Shown here: piece after piece, positions 43,050-57,253 of the stretch
Layout of the letters: every line of letters begins with the position of its first letter
Numbering within the stretch: position 1 is the stretch's first letter
From: Eledone cirrhosa
Taxonomy: Eukaryota
Length of the DNA: 64,000 nt
Direction of reading: 5' to 3'
Assembly: GCA_964016885.1 (NCBI GenBank)
Contig: OZ024744.1
Coordinates: 86,924,001 to 86,988,000, forward strand
The notes under the pieces: model-generated
What the model saw: only the letters and a program-made list of their open reading frames with translations
The model's database searches: none
What the model was told of the DNA's origin: nothing
Made by a program: the position numbers and the translations under genes

Positions 43050-43960
43050 AAGTGTTTCTGAGGGCGATCCCCAGCCGAACTTCACTTCACATTCAGGATA
43101 CCACTATTTGCTTTGATGCCAAACTGTAACCTAACAAAACAAATCAATTACTCATTGATTTAGAAAAAAATATCAGCTCTAGTCAATCAAGAAAAAAATA
43201 GCTTGATGTACTAAAAGTGGTAACCAAGAGACAATTATGCACCTACCATCTATAATAAACGTTTTAGACAGATGTCAAACAAAATACCATTGTCATCTTC
43301 AAATGCGATTAAAAACCTCGTTGGAAAATTGAATGCATGGAAGTCTCTACAAAAGGGTGTCGGACTGAATGCATAGATGGAGGTCCTGACAATCACAGCA
43401 CCAAAGCGAAGTCTTATAACTATATATTATCCCAATCGCATCGGCATCGAGGGAACCGCGCCATAATGCAGGTTTTGTTGGAGGCACGAAGAAATCTTCG
43501 TCAATATTGCCCATATTAGTACTGTAGGGGATCGAATATATACAGAGAATTAACAAGTCAACAAGTATATGCATGCACTGGAAAATATATTGTACTTACA
43601 AAGTCAAAATGACAGAGTACTGTACCAATCATCAACCAAATATGGTTGCTGGCATGAAGTCTGCCACCATCCTCTGGAACATGTCCATCCTCATGGTATT
43701 CTTAGCGTGGACATACGTATACGAGATGCTTAATTATCTATATAGTAATAGCATCGGAAAGAAACACCTCTGTGAAAGCCACTGGAAAGCTGAGCAAGTA
43801 CAAACACAGGGCGATCGATACCAACAAAAAAGCATAAAAATTCCGATGTTTATCAAAGATTTAGCACATATAAAGAAAGGTATCAAGAAGTTCTCCGACT
43901 GTATCCAGAGACAACTTTATTGTATTTACATGGGAGAGTTCACATACCATAGAGAGTACT
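43050..43960 (+). pseudogene. Highly decayed R4/Dong-type (RLE) non-LTR remnant
   Basis: CRFC..., MHWKIYC...NHQP..V......ILW pattern of the Zn-knuckle/RLE region; many indels. Confidence 0.5.
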
Positions 43961-43967
43961 TTCAATC

Positions 43968-44001
<34 letters not shown>

Positions 44002-44134
44002 CACATATATATATATATATATATATATACAAATGGAAGTTGAGTAAAATCGGAGTTTTGGCTGTGGCCAAGCTAATGATATACAATCAGGAATGTGCAA
44101 CAAAGCACTCGATAAAGTTGTGCCACCTTAGAGT

Positions 44135-44320
44135 AATAACTGTTTCTACTTTAGGCACAAGGCCAGCAATTACCCAGTGCATTACTGGTACTTTATTTTA
44201 TCGACCCCGTAAGGATGAAAGGCAAATTTTACCTCGGCGGGATTTGAACTCAGATCATAAAGGGACGTAACTAAGCTGGAAAGCATGGCGTCCAACCCTC
44301 TACCGATACTGCCACCGCCC
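44135..44320 (-). mobile_element. SINE family S1 with TSD, nested in the 2023-family repeat
   Basis: ccttagagtaataac on both sides. Confidence 0.88.
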
Positions 44321-44457
44321 TTAGAGTAATAACATACGTTAGAGAGTTTGACAAATTGAAAACTGTGGCAGGCAAGCCCACATGATACCAAAGCAACGAA
44401 AGAACCAATCAGATATATATATAAAGTGACAGTAAGAATTGCAGCTTTTTGTAAACT

Positions 44458-44897
<440 letters not shown>

Positions 44898-44922
44898 ATA
44901 TATATATATATATATATCTATA

Positions 44923-44969
<47 letters not shown>

Positions 44970-45160
44970 AAGTATGCTAGCAGGCGAAGTGTACGATAAA
45001 GTTATATTTGGAGACATCAGAGTGGGTAACCGAAACTTTATTGGTGTGTATATGAATATATACATTTTTAATATGTATTTATTACAAGCATATGCATACA
45101 TACATATACATATATACATACATGCCTTCACACATAGATAGAAGTATACAAATACACACT

Positions 45161-45192
<32 letters not shown>

Positions 45193-45231
45193 TATATATA
45201 TATATAAATACATATATATATATATATTAAT

Positions 45232-45275
<44 letters not shown>

Positions 45276-45530
45276 TTCTATATTTTCATACGTTTGTGTG
45301 TCTGTCTGAGTAGTAGTATGCAAAGTGCGCGTGGGCGCGCGAGTGTGTCACCCCCATTTAACGTTTACCACTACAATAATTACCACACTGCATTTTTAGA
45401 TGCTTATCGAAAGTTCTAGAAATGTAATTATACTTATCAAAGACTGACATCGATGTAATCAAGCAAGGGTGATGCCAAGAGAACAGCTAATGCCAGTCCT
45501 GTTTCCCCATCACACCCCTCTGTTAAACCA

Positions 45531-45644
<114 letters not shown>

Positions 45645-45650
45645 CATATA

Positions 45651-45727
<77 letters not shown>

Positions 45728-46757
45728 GTAGTATATATATATATATGTATATACATATAAATATATATATATATATATATATAATATATATATATACTAC
45801 ATATACATACTGACTAAAAAAGTAATCTATGAAATTCAATAAAATTACCTCTTTCAGTAAGTTTTTTTTTTTTATTAATAATAGTTCATGTCATTATCTA
45901 CCCATTTATCTTAGTTCAAATATATTCTATTGCTGCTTTGGTCAAAATATCTTATCTATCTTGTGTGTTTCGTTATTGTTTATAATTGTTAAAGTCGCAT
46001 TATACATGTAAGTATGTGTGTTTTCTATAGCTTCTGTGATTATAAGAACAAGTTATTAAATGTTCACACCATATTAAATACTCCTTGTTTTTGTTCTCTG
46101 GGTAATAGTCTAGTAATTTAACTTAGTTTTTTCTCCCTCTGTTTCATACTCTATTGACAGATGTTGACTAATTAAAACAATATCATTATCCTAGACCCCA
46201 ACCTAAAAATGTAAACAAAGACACAACCCCCCCCCCCCCCCCCAAAAAAAAAATCATAAAGTATATATCGAAGAGTAATATGATTGTTCCCAAAGATTAA
46301 AGAACTTCAAATTATATATCTATCATTTTGTTTCTATTAAATTTTAAATATATTTATGATCATCAACAAACCAATCATCACGAAATAAATAAAAAAAATA
46401 CATCATTTATTATTATTTTGTTAATTATTTTCTGAGAGGGAGATTGTTGGTGTAATTGAATGAAATAATTAAGTCTCCAAGAGTATGCTTCCTATAGTTT
46501 GAAGTATGTTCGTTCCGGTTTGAAATCCTGCTTACTTTAACTCTTCTTCCCTTCATAATTTTCAAAATACACGCAGAATACTAAGTTTGATTCAATTACA
46601 TGCTGCCGCGATCCATTCGAAAATATAAATACTTAAGTTAATGGAAATAAATTGAATGCGGGTAACATTAGAATTAAAATAACTGGCTAAAAAGGGACAG
46701 TATGAATCAGGGACTAACAATATTTTAAATATTTCAATATATATGGAATATGTATAT

Positions 46758-46795
<38 letters not shown>

Positions 46796-47110
46796 TATCA
46801 TCATTTTACGTCCGCTTTTCCTTGCTTGCATCTCTCCATTTGTCACGGTCCTTCGTCATCTACTCTGTGAGCTTCAGCGATCCGAGATCCGCTCTCACCA
46901 CCTCCGCCCATGATCTTTGTGGTCTTGCTCTACTGCGCCTTCCTTTCACCGGGATTTCTTGGCACTTCTTCACCCAGCGGTCATCCTCCACGCGAATAGC
47001 ATGTCCATACCAACGCCGTCTTCTCTCCCGCACACTACAGTTTATTCCTCTTATACCCAGTTTCTCTCTCAACTCGAAACAGAGTTCACTGAATCTTTAG
47101 TCTGTCATAT
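46758..47110 (-). mobile_element. RTE LINE 3' fragment with (GAT)n tail
   Basis: RERRRRWYGHAIR...GRRSRARPQRSW. Confidence 0.8.
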
Positions 47111-47160
47111 TAATTAACGATTGATATTGTATTTTCCTCACTACATAATTACTTATTATC

Positions 47161-48111
47161 GATGAAAGAATGGTATTTAACTAATGTATTGGTAGGCGAT
47201 GGGGCCCACCCACAGCCCCGGCGGACAGAATGGAGAAGGCCTTTCCCCGGAGGACAGCAAGGGAGACGCGCTGGAAAAGCCACTCCAACTCGCGGGGCTC
47301 ACACCTGCGGCTAGCCAGCTCAGCGCCTATGGTGGTGAGTAAGGAGGAAGCCCTGGGGCCGAGGACACCAGAAGTTTCCACTGCCAGGGGAACGACCGCA
47401 AACCTGTCGGAGAGCGACCGGTATTTGAGGAGTTTGGCCCCCTCAGCCGACGTGCAGCAGAACCTGGGTCAGTCGCATCCTGCACCAGGTTGCGACTGCA
47501 GAAAGTGTCGGTGCAAGTGGCATCGCAGACGAGGGGTTTACCACCGCGGAACGGGAAGATGGTCATGCCATCTGGCCTTTTGCCGTCCCCTCGATCCAGC
47601 CCCACCGGCTCGAGCTGAGAAGGGAAGCCTGCAGCGTCCAAGCCATGCTTAATGACTTCGTTGAGGGAAGTATGGCGTGGAATGCGGTCGGCACTGTGGC
47701 GACAGGAAAGCGGGTGGAGGCCGAAAGAGTCAACGGTGGAACCGCAGCGACATTGGTGTGGCTGGCAGATCCGGAGGCCGAGCCCCAGGGAAACGCCGAT
47801 TCGCAGGCTATAGTTGTCTAGCTGCGTGCCAGTGGAGAAGGAGGGCAGGGCATGGAGCCAGGCACCACTGTGGGGTTTGGAGGCCGCACGAAAACAAGCA
47901 AGGCGGTGCTGGTCGAGCTGGCGCGTGAGCCTGTCTGAAGCCAGGCTGCACTGGATGGCATCCCAAGTGCGTTGGGGGGGGGGGACTTTACGTCAACAGG
48001 GGAAGAAGGAGGAGGGACGTCTACTGGGCTAAGTCCCACCGGTCCCACGTCTCACAGGCGGCCTCACGTTCTCTGAACACAGAGGGTTCTGTTGTGTTTT
48101 GAAGAACCCTG
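47161..48111 (-). mobile_element. Second CRE-like copy, 5'-truncated
   Basis: Close match to 36887-37790 with the same 3' terminus gatgaaagaatggtatttaac. Confidence 0.85.
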
Positions 48112-48199
48112 GTTTTTCATACAATAAGGAAGCTATTGTTTGTCATACGGATGGTATCTCTGAGGAATATATTCTCTAATATTTCTATTGTGTTATCCC

Positions 48200-49450
48200 A
48201 ACGAAGAGACGGAAGGTTATTGACGATTTCTGCTGCGAAATGGTGGTGGGTGCTAATCTCATTAGTCACAGGGAAAGTAGTTAGGAATCTTGGAAAAGTC
48301 TTCAACTGCAGTTTGAATGTCATACATATTTTCTTGCAAGCAATGCAAATCTGATTGGTTGGTTAATGGTTGCGGAGAGAGCCAGCCTCCGAAAAGATTC
48401 AAGATTTGTGTTTATCAGTATGGGATACTCCCGAGAATCCTGTGGTTCTTACGTATCAATGAGGTTCCCATGACTGTAGTGGACGTATCTGAGCATAAGT
48501 AAAGCAACGACCTTCGTAGATGGGTGGGCTTGCTACACATTTTGATCAACATTGGACTGTATACGAGCAGCAACAAGCTCGGACGTTTTATTCATATCTA
48601 TCACAAAAGGGTTCACGATATCCCAGGTATAAGAATATTTGAAGGACACTGGATCGAGGGACTCTAAAATGGCTAGCGTAGGAATATCTGTTAGGAGGGA
48701 AGGATGTAGAATGCAGCTGAGGTGATGAAGCATCTGAGAAATGGCTGAAGGAAAAGTGACTTCTTGGAAGGGCTGATTTCAATAGCATAACATCAACACA
48801 TTCGTCTATTTCGAGTAGGAAAGAGAAATGAAAGCTGATGAAGGAAGGGAAAGATTTGAGCTTTGAGGGAAGAGCAGTGATCAACAAGATCAATGGCATT
48901 GCAATACCAAGATGCTTACATGAAGTGGGAGCATTTGGCGGAGCGAATCATCACCTGCCAGGGTATTTAAAAATCGAACCCATAAAGAATTGAATGTTTA
49001 ATTCAAGGTATCAATGATATCCAACACAGTCTATTCAAATTGTTCCCAGGGAACAAAATGCAAACATGCCCACTTTGATTCAAAGCGGAATTTCTTGGGC
49101 CTTTACTGAACAGTTGTGCCAAAGTAGTGAGCAAAATTAGATACATAGAAATTGTCTGGAAGAACGTTGGATTGATTGTAACTACAATTCAAACAGACAG
49201 TCTCTGGCACACATTGTGTCATGCTGAGAATTACATTATTAAGGATATACGTATCTGTAGAATGCTCGAAGGCCTGGAGAGGGATGGGCTCCACCAGGCT
49301 TAAAATGCCCAAGAAACGCCGTATGTCAATGCGGCGCTCAAACGACTCTATCAGAGGTTACAGGACCATACATAGAATGTTCGAACTCTTGAATGTTAAT
49401 CTCACAAGCCAGATTAAATGGAACGTTTATCGTCGAAACCGTCGTTATCC
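48200..49450 (+). pseudogene. Decayed HERO/NeSL-type non-LTR remnant
   Basis: RFKICVYQYGILPRILW...EVPMTVV...LRRWVGL motif. Confidence 0.55.
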
Positions 49451-49640
49451 ATTTCATTTCAAATCAACAGGTTACGCCACAAACGATATTACAACTGTTT
49501 TATATTTCTTTATCTATTTGTTTGTTTGTTAGTTTGTTTGTTTGTTTTAATAACTTGAAAGGTAATGTTTAGTTGCTTGTATTGTTTTTTTGCGCTTACG
49601 TTTTAGTTTGAATCAATATATATGTATATATATATATATA

Positions 49641-49825
49641 TGTAAAAGGTAAACAGAAATAACAACACAATTGTTACAGTATATGGAAGGGATATATTAG
49701 GTTAACGATTGATATAGCAGGAAGAGGGTCTTAACGTTTCAGACGCTAGTCCTTCATCAGAAGAAAGAATGAGAAATAAGATAGATTGAGGGGACGGGCG
49801 GGATGGAATTGGAAAATATGTCTTT
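49641..49825 (-). mobile_element. Solo pLTR-like element in (TA)n
   Basis: Homologous to 8335-8575 and 53470-53515; contains an intact HHR. Confidence 0.75.
49729..49764 (-). ncRNA. Minimal type I hammerhead
   Basis: Minus strand: tctt CTGATGA ag gac tagc gtc t GAAA cg TT aaga. Confidence 0.82.
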
Positions 49826-50386
49826 AGATAAAAATAACAGGTATATATATATATATATGAGAGTAAGAACAATTTTTCACTTTTTATTGTGTTTTTGTTT
49901 TGACATGCACTCTTTTCCTGCTACTAATTTTGTCTCTCACTCCTTTAAGTTGTGAATTAGACTGGTTATCTACGCACGTGGCTGACACATTTAAGCTCGC
50001 TACTATATTGTTATATAATGGATGATCGCATTTAAAGTCCGTTAAAGGTTCTTGGCACTACCATTGTTACCATCGCTTTCCTCTAGCCATGGAGCTTGGA
50101 GACATGAACCGAATGCTACTATTCTATTTTATATCAATGTGAACTGCTATTTCACCCCTTGATAATTTGTGTGTGAGACACGTTGGTTAAATGCTTCTGA
50201 CGGGAACTAATAGATTGATTCTTTTTAGCCTCCCGTCCCCACGTAAAATTTGTAAATCAGAGAGATAGAGTCCTATCGGTTGCCAGTTGCTAATCGCTTT
50301 ACCGTGTCGGTTGTCACAAACAGTCATGACCGGCATGGGCCGGTGTTTGGATTCTGTCGATCGATTGGTTATTGATTAGGCGATAA

Positions 50387-50494
50387 CCGCTGATGAAGCC
50401 GCATAAGCCGATTGTGCATTGTTGCGTAATATATGCAGACAGATGGTGCAGTGCACCTTACTACTGCATTAGTGCGGCAGAAACTCGAGTCCGG
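50387..50494 (+). ncRNA. Type I hammerhead with a large stem II insertion
   Basis: ccg CTGATGA a gccgca...tgcggc a GAAA ctcgag TC cgg; lies within a TA-bounded block, 49860-50643. Confidence 0.78.
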
Positions 50495-50660
50495 GTACAT
50501 TATAGGCACCCGTTTTACGTGTGTTGTGTTGAGGCAAATAACTATGTGTATACTCTGGTAATGTATCTTACATTGCCCATTGAGTGCGCTGAGATACAAC
50601 CGGTACTGGCATTGATAAATATGCTAGGTCCGTCAACCCTTATTATATATATATATATAT

Positions 50661-50881
50661 TTAAATAATAAAAATGAACAGAAATAAGCAGTAAAAGAGA
50701 TTTATTTTACTGCTTCTTTCTGTTCTTTTTGATTCTTTATACACGCCCCGGAGTATAGCTAAACTGGAATATACACCTATTTTCTGCATTTCGTTGAGCA
50801 CCACTCTGTTGTAAGCTGACCTTCCCCTACACGGTATATAATACTGTGTCCTGGAAAACCTTAATGCACTCGTGCATAACC

Positions 50882-50884
<3 letters not shown>
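50661..50884. repeat. Hairpin-plus-tail segment between (TA)n tracts
   Basis: gaacagaaataagcagtaaaa / ttttactgcttctttctgttc inverted repeat, ~50669-50730. Confidence 0.55.
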
Positions 50885-50926
<42 letters not shown>

Positions 50927-51191
50927 CAATCACCGTACATTTATTCTTTTAGTAATAGCACAATGTATCTCCACTCTTTTCGACTATGCTTATTTCATGT
51001 GTTTGGACGAATGTATTACTTGCTCTCGGATATTTGTATCTATGTGTGTATGTGTGGTGTGTATGTGTGGTACGTGTGTGTTGTGTGGTATGTGTGTGTG
51101 TGTGTATGTGTGTGTGGTATGTATGTGTGGTGTGTATGTGTGTGTGTGGTATGTGTATGTGTGTGTGGTATGTATGTGTGGTACGTGTGTG

Positions 51192-51226
<35 letters not shown>

Positions 51227-51509
51227 TGGTTTGTGTGTGTGGTGTGTATATGTGTGTGGTATGTATGTGTGGTACGTGTGTGTGTGGTGTATGTGTGTGT
51301 GTGTGTGCGTGTGTGTGTATGTGTGTGAATATTCTTCAGACACGTGTAAATTTAATATAGATCCCCCAGGCAAAATCGACTTGACATTAGTGGGGTGACA
51401 AAGTTGAACTTGTGAATTACAGGTACAATCCATCTTTCGACCTTCCACACAATTTTCTTAAAGTCAGTTGTTATATATTTCAACAGCACACCGCGTCACA
51501 TATCAATAA

Positions 51510-51710
51510 AATAATAATTGTTTCTACTTTTTGGCACAAGGCCAGCAATTATTCCAGTACATTACTGTTACTTTATTTTATCGACCCCGTAAGGCTGAAA
51601 GGCAAAATTAACCTCGGCGGGATTTGAACTCAAAATGGCAAGGGCCGTAACTCCATGCGTCAAAGCATGGCGTCCGACCCTCTACCGATACTGTCAATTC
51701 ACCGCCCTCT
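51510..51710 (-). mobile_element. SINE family S1 with TSD
   Basis: tcaataaaataataat on both sides. Confidence 0.88.
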
Positions 51711-52066
51711 CAATAAAATAATAATAATAATAAAAAAGCTAAAAAATAAAAAAAATAATACTAACAAATAGAATGAGCGATTTAAATTTCAAAAAAGGAA
51801 ACAAACCAACACATCACAACACAACACAAATAATCAGTGGAATGAAAGAATGAGAGCAGTAAAGTAAAGAGAACATAGGCGAAACATTTCTTAAAATTCA
51901 GACTTTAACTACAGCCCAATTTAAAATTCCTTAACGTAAGCAGCGACAAACAAAAGTGTTTTAAACAAATAAAATAACTAGATAAACAAGACTTTAAGAT
52001 TCCTAGTCTCTTATCAAAGTTTATTACTTTTCGTTAAATTTGATAACATTTTTTCTTGTTTTATGT

Positions 52067-52133
<67 letters not shown>

Positions 52134-52149
52134 GTGTGTGTGTGTGTGT

Positions 52150-52226
<77 letters not shown>

Positions 52227-52888
52227 ATATATATTATGTGTGTGTTATATATATATTATTTATTCAAAGTTTTGTTTATTCATTCTTCTTACAAAAATCA
52301 TTGTATTTTAGGTGCTGTCTCTGTCTCTCATTTTCTCGCTCTCTCTTCTCTCTCTCGCTAGCCTTCTCTTTTTTTCTCTCCCTCACTCTATCACTCTTTT
52401 TCTCTCTCTCCCTCTATCTATCTCACTTTTCCCTCCTCTCTTTCTATATTTTTCACTATCCCCTCCCTCTCTCTCTCTTTGTCCCTCTCGCCTTAACTTG
52501 TTATTTTTCAAGCTTTTCATTTCTTACTTTATGTTAACCCCGCACGGCCACCAACACCACCACCTCCACACCCGACTTCTTTACGTTTCGGACAAAGTTA
52601 AGCTAGACACTTAAAAACAAGGAAATAAACGAACAAAGTCGAAATACTTTCTTATTGACACAACTTTGAAACAAAACAGCTGCCCTTGGATTATCTCTGT
52701 TTCTAGATAATTTAGAAACAGATCAATTCGAAAGCTTACCGTGTACAAATCAAGTACTCAACAGAACAAATATTTCTCAAACGAATGCCAAAACACAAAA
52801 TATTATCTTTTCGATCAGGTGCTCCATTTAAATTCACATATACAGTAACATATAATAATTATATTTATTACATTTTCAAAGTTCGCAA

Positions 52889-52951
<63 letters not shown>

Positions 52952-53005
52952 ATGAAAACTATATTTATATATACAAATGGAAACTATATTTATAAAACCA
53001 TATTT

Positions 53006-53068
53006 ATTTCATTATACATATTTCAAGGACACCAAAGCAAATTATGGTGCGCTTTCATCAGATAAAAT
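53006..53068 (-). ncRNA. Type I hammerhead (family D)
   Basis: Minus strand: attttat CTGATGA aag cg cacca...tggtg tc ctt GAAA tatgta TA atgaaat. Confidence 0.8.
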
Positions 53069-53262
53069 ATAATATAGATCAGTTTTATAAACAAATATTG
53101 ACATACCCTTAAAGAGTGCGACCATGTCGGTTGGAAGCTCCCGGATAGTGGGGTTACTAACTTTATTATTGGTCTATTATGCAAATTAGTGTCGGAGAGG
53201 TTTAAATCCCAGTACATTTAAATTAAGCCGTTGGAATAGGGGAAAAAAAAAAAAAATATATA

Positions 53263-53468
53263 ATAGTAGAATCCTGGTGGGTTATATTAGTAGTAATAGA
53301 GTACTCAGTCGATAGGAGCAGTTTGTTGGTAGAAGTAGTTCCACAACCGAGAAGTAGTTCACCATACCGAGAAAAAATGTTTCACCTTATTAGACCAAGC
53401 TGGGAATCCAAATAAGGTGAAACATTTGTTCTCGGTATGGTGAACTAACTGTTGTGGAACTAGTTCTA
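53263..53468 (-). mobile_element. Family C fold-back element
   Basis: Tail plus inverted repeat ~53330-53468; only the HHR 3' halves are retained. Confidence 0.78.
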
Positions 53469-53575
53469 TATATATACTGTACCGATTGTGTTGTTATTTC
53501 TGTTTAACTTTTACATACATATATATATATATATATATATAAAAACAAATAACGAAACGAAATTAAATTTTTAAC

Positions 53576-53641
<66 letters not shown>

Positions 53642-53815
53642 ATATATATCTATACACATGAGTGTATAAAAAAATAGATCTAACTTAAACTAGAGACAAT
53701 CTACACGGATGTAAGATTACATAATTTGTTGAGTATATTATAATTTAACAAAAAATTAAAACATAGATACCTGATAAAGATCAATATATCTCCCTCATAT
53801 GTATTCACTTCAGAA

Positions 53816-53877
53816 TCTGAATACATTTCACCAAGTAACAGTGAAGTTAAATATTTTGACTAGGATCATCAGTAAGG
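53816..53877 (-). ncRNA. Degenerate hammerhead
   Basis: Minus strand: CTGATGA t cctagt...acttgg t GAAA tgta TT; stem I pairs poorly. Confidence 0.45.
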
Positions 53878-54084
53878 AACATCAATATTATCTAATCTAC
53901 GCCAATACAGAGTTGAATGTGACTAAACGCACATGGTATTAATTTTATTTTTTTAAAGAACAACACCGATGTATGAATTTAGCGCACACAACATGAAGGG
54001 GTTTCAGTCTACGGTATATCTAGATATACACTTTTGTCTGTATAAATATATATATCATTCACCTTTTTATAATGATATATATAT

Positions 54085-54404
54085 AAGGTCCCACTCGGTA
54101 ACGAATGACCATGTTTTTGCACCTAGAAAGTTTCCATCTGAGGCACAAGCCTGGGCAAGGTTTGTTTTGTTTTGGCATACCAGCCTCCCCTCTCCACGCC
54201 ACCGATGTTATCCAAGAGAAAGGCAATGGCCGATACAGCTGGCACCAGTGACGTCGTAACTCATTTCTACAGCTGAGTAAACTGGAGCAACGTGAAATAA
54301 AGTGTCTTGCTCAAGGACACAACGCATCACCTTGTCCGAGAATCGAACTCACAACCTTTCAATTGCAAGCCCAATGCTCTAACCACTAAGCCATGCGCCT
54401 TCAC
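54085..54404 (-). mobile_element. tRNA-derived CORE-type SINE
   Basis: Minus strand: tggcttagtggttagagc A-box, gagttcgattc B-box, tgtgtccttgagcaagacact core. Confidence 0.8.
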
Positions 54405-54406
54405 GC

Positions 54407-54535
<129 letters not shown>

Positions 54536-54617
54536 ATCACAATACGTGGTGTTTATGAGACTGTTTCCTTACAAACAAACCGAATATTAATAATATTATG
54601 GTATTATTATAATATTA

Positions 54618-55000
54618 TAGGGCAGTGGATTGGCAGTATCGGTAGAGGGTCGGACACCTTGCTTTGCAGCATAGAATTTCGGCCCTTTATGATCTGAGTT
54701 TAAATCCCGCTGAGGTTAACACTTTCTTCCTTACGGGGTCGGCAAAATAAAGTACCAGTCACGCACTGGGATCGATTTAATCGACTTTCCCTTCATCTCA
54801 AATTGCTGGCCTTGTGCCTATATAAGAATCCGTTAAGACTATATTATTGTTATTCACGCAAAGAGTTACGTCCCATTCTGAGTTCAAATCCCGCCGAGGT
54901 TAACTTTGCCTTTCATCCTTACGGGGTCAATAAAATAAAGTACCAGTAATACACTTGGATAATTGCTGGCCTTGTGCCAAAAGTAGAAACAATTATTGTT
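54618..55000 (+). mobile_element. Two adjacent S1 SINE copies (54618-54835, 54862-55000)
   Basis: Shared head, core and tail. Confidence 0.85.
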
Positions 55001-55034
55001 ATTCACTCATGAATAAAACTATATATATATATAT

Positions 55035-55360
55035 AAATGGAAAATATATTTATAACGCCATATTTATTTTATCATACTTATTTCAAGGACACACAATTTT
55101 AGTGTTCTTATACTATCAAGTCTATGCTAAGGTATGTCAATATCTTAACACCAAATATTATATTTTTTCTGATGAAAGCACGGTAAAATTTTGTTTCCTT
55201 GAAATACGTATAATAAAACAAATATGGTATTATAAAGATATTTTACATTTATTAATATTGTTAATATTAATAATGCTCCAGATAAACTTGTAGAGTGCTT
55301 CAAATCTGTTATAAAATTAACTTTGTTGAATGATAATCAACAAACCATATAACTCATTGT
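55035..55360 (+). mobile_element. Family D fold-back element
   Basis: 55035-55108 is an inverted copy of 55177-55250; tail resembles 60982-61071 (minus). Confidence 0.7.
55163..55218 (+). ncRNA. Type I hammerhead (family D)
   Basis: tttttt CTGATGA aagcac...ttcctt GAAA tacgta TA ataaaa. Confidence 0.7.
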
Positions 55361-55450
55361 TTATATATATATGTCTGATGGTAGCTAAGATGCTTCCATG
55401 GGTGGTATGACGGTTGAGCCCTCTATGTTCTTACAGAGCAAAGTATGATA

Positions 55451-55501
<51 letters not shown>

Positions 55502-55523
55502 CACACACACACACACACACACG

Positions 55524-55578
<55 letters not shown>

Positions 55579-55582
55579 CCTC

Positions 55583-55640
<58 letters not shown>

Positions 55641-55644
55641 CCTC

Positions 55645-55685
<41 letters not shown>

Positions 55686-55693
55686 TAACAGAT

Positions 55694-55731
<38 letters not shown>

Positions 55732-55739
55732 ATCTGTTA

Positions 55740-55769
<30 letters not shown>

Positions 55770-55771
<2 letters not shown>

Positions 55772-56155
55772 CGAGGGTAATCCCAAAAGTAAGGTCTCCA
55801 AAGCGATGGGGACGCAGAGAAACTGTTCGCATGGCTGTGGGCAACACTGTTGTGATTGGTGCTTCCTTCACTCGCAAACAAGCATGCGCGCGCTTCGCTG
55901 GGATGCTCAATCTTGGCTTGGCAGCCGTTGAGAATGGACCTCCCGTTGAACGCTATGCCAAGTGTGAATTTCGCGCAGTTATTATATAGAGGGCAATCCC
56001 AAAAGTAAGGTCTCCTTCCGAGGAAAACATGCGTAAAGATCGGCGGATCATTCTGGATGCTCTCTGCATTTTGGTTCCTGAGGTTTCCCGAAGCACCATC
56101 CACAGGATTTTAACGGAAAAGTTGCAATACCGGAAGGAGACCTTACTTTTGGGAT
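55770..56155 (+). mobile_element. Mariner-like deletion derivative(s)
   Basis: TIR tacgagggtaatcccaaaagtaaggtctcc at 55770, again at 55987, inverted at 56131-56155; transposase remnants KCEFRAVI and PEVSRSTIHRILTEKL. Confidence 0.8.
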
Positions 56156-56159
56156 ATGT

Positions 56160-57250
56160 ATATTAAAATATGTCCAAAAACCCTTCGGAAGAACCCCATT
56201 TCGGCTGCTTGTATTCGCGATCCTTACTTTTTCAGTCATTATCGAAGATTCATAACCATAGGCAGGGTTTGGTACGAATACCTAATTGGGGATAGCAAGT
56301 TTGACTTTTACACTTACATGCCTTCTTTTGATGAATGCTCAAGCTGGTGCATTACTGCACCAACCCCTGTAATTCTTGCACATATTTCTGCCTCCTGGCT
56401 TCCTTAACTTGTGAACATGACCCTAAGATATTTGAACGTCTCCATCTGTTTCAGCGGAACTTTACTCAGATGAAAAGTGCACTGCGCATGCGTCCTTCGG
56501 AGGATGAATGTGCTTGAATAAAAATCAGTCTTCGTAGCACTGATTTTCATCCCTGCCATGTAGCAGCTGGCATCAACCTTATCAAGTGCACGTTTGAGGT
56601 CAACTTCTGTCGAGAAGTAGTACTATAACGTGCGTAAATTCCAGCCGGCTGATCTTACACAAACCAGTCTCGATAGCACTTCCAACCCGGCTGCAAATAT
56701 CAATCTTCTCCATGAAGATTATGAATAGTAGAGGGTAGAGTACAGACCCTTGGCAGACTCCGACACCCTCATTGAATGTTTTCGACTTAACATCATTTAT
56801 CCAAATACAAATACTTAATTGGGAAAATGTATAGAAACATCAGGGCAATGACAGCAAGGGTAGTCCATTAGGCCCTAACTCCTATGGAACCCCTCAAAAC
56901 AGATCCCGCATGACGCGCCTTTTCGAGATCTACGAAACAAAAAAACACATCTTGGCAATACACTCATGATTTCTGAAAGAACTGCCACAATCTGAATATT
57001 TGATCAGCTGTGCTGCGTCCGAGACAAATATCACATTGTTCGTCAGCTAGCAGGAACTTGAGAATACTCCTACATCTCTTTGCCAGACACGTAGTATAAA
57101 CGTTACCGGAGAGGCTTAAGAAAGAGATCCCTCTATAATTTGGAGCAAGATTTGTTCTCTCCCTTTTTGAAAATTGTAATTAGCACTCCCTATTATCATT
57201 GCCTATGTGGAAGCCCCGCAAAATTAGCATCCTGATAATGCCATACGGCT
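56160..57250 (-). mobile_element. Decayed RTE-type LINE RT fragment
   Basis: Minus strand: YRGISFLSL, FVDLEKA, GVCQGSVLYPLLFIIFME. Confidence 0.7.
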
Positions 57251-57253
57251 CAT

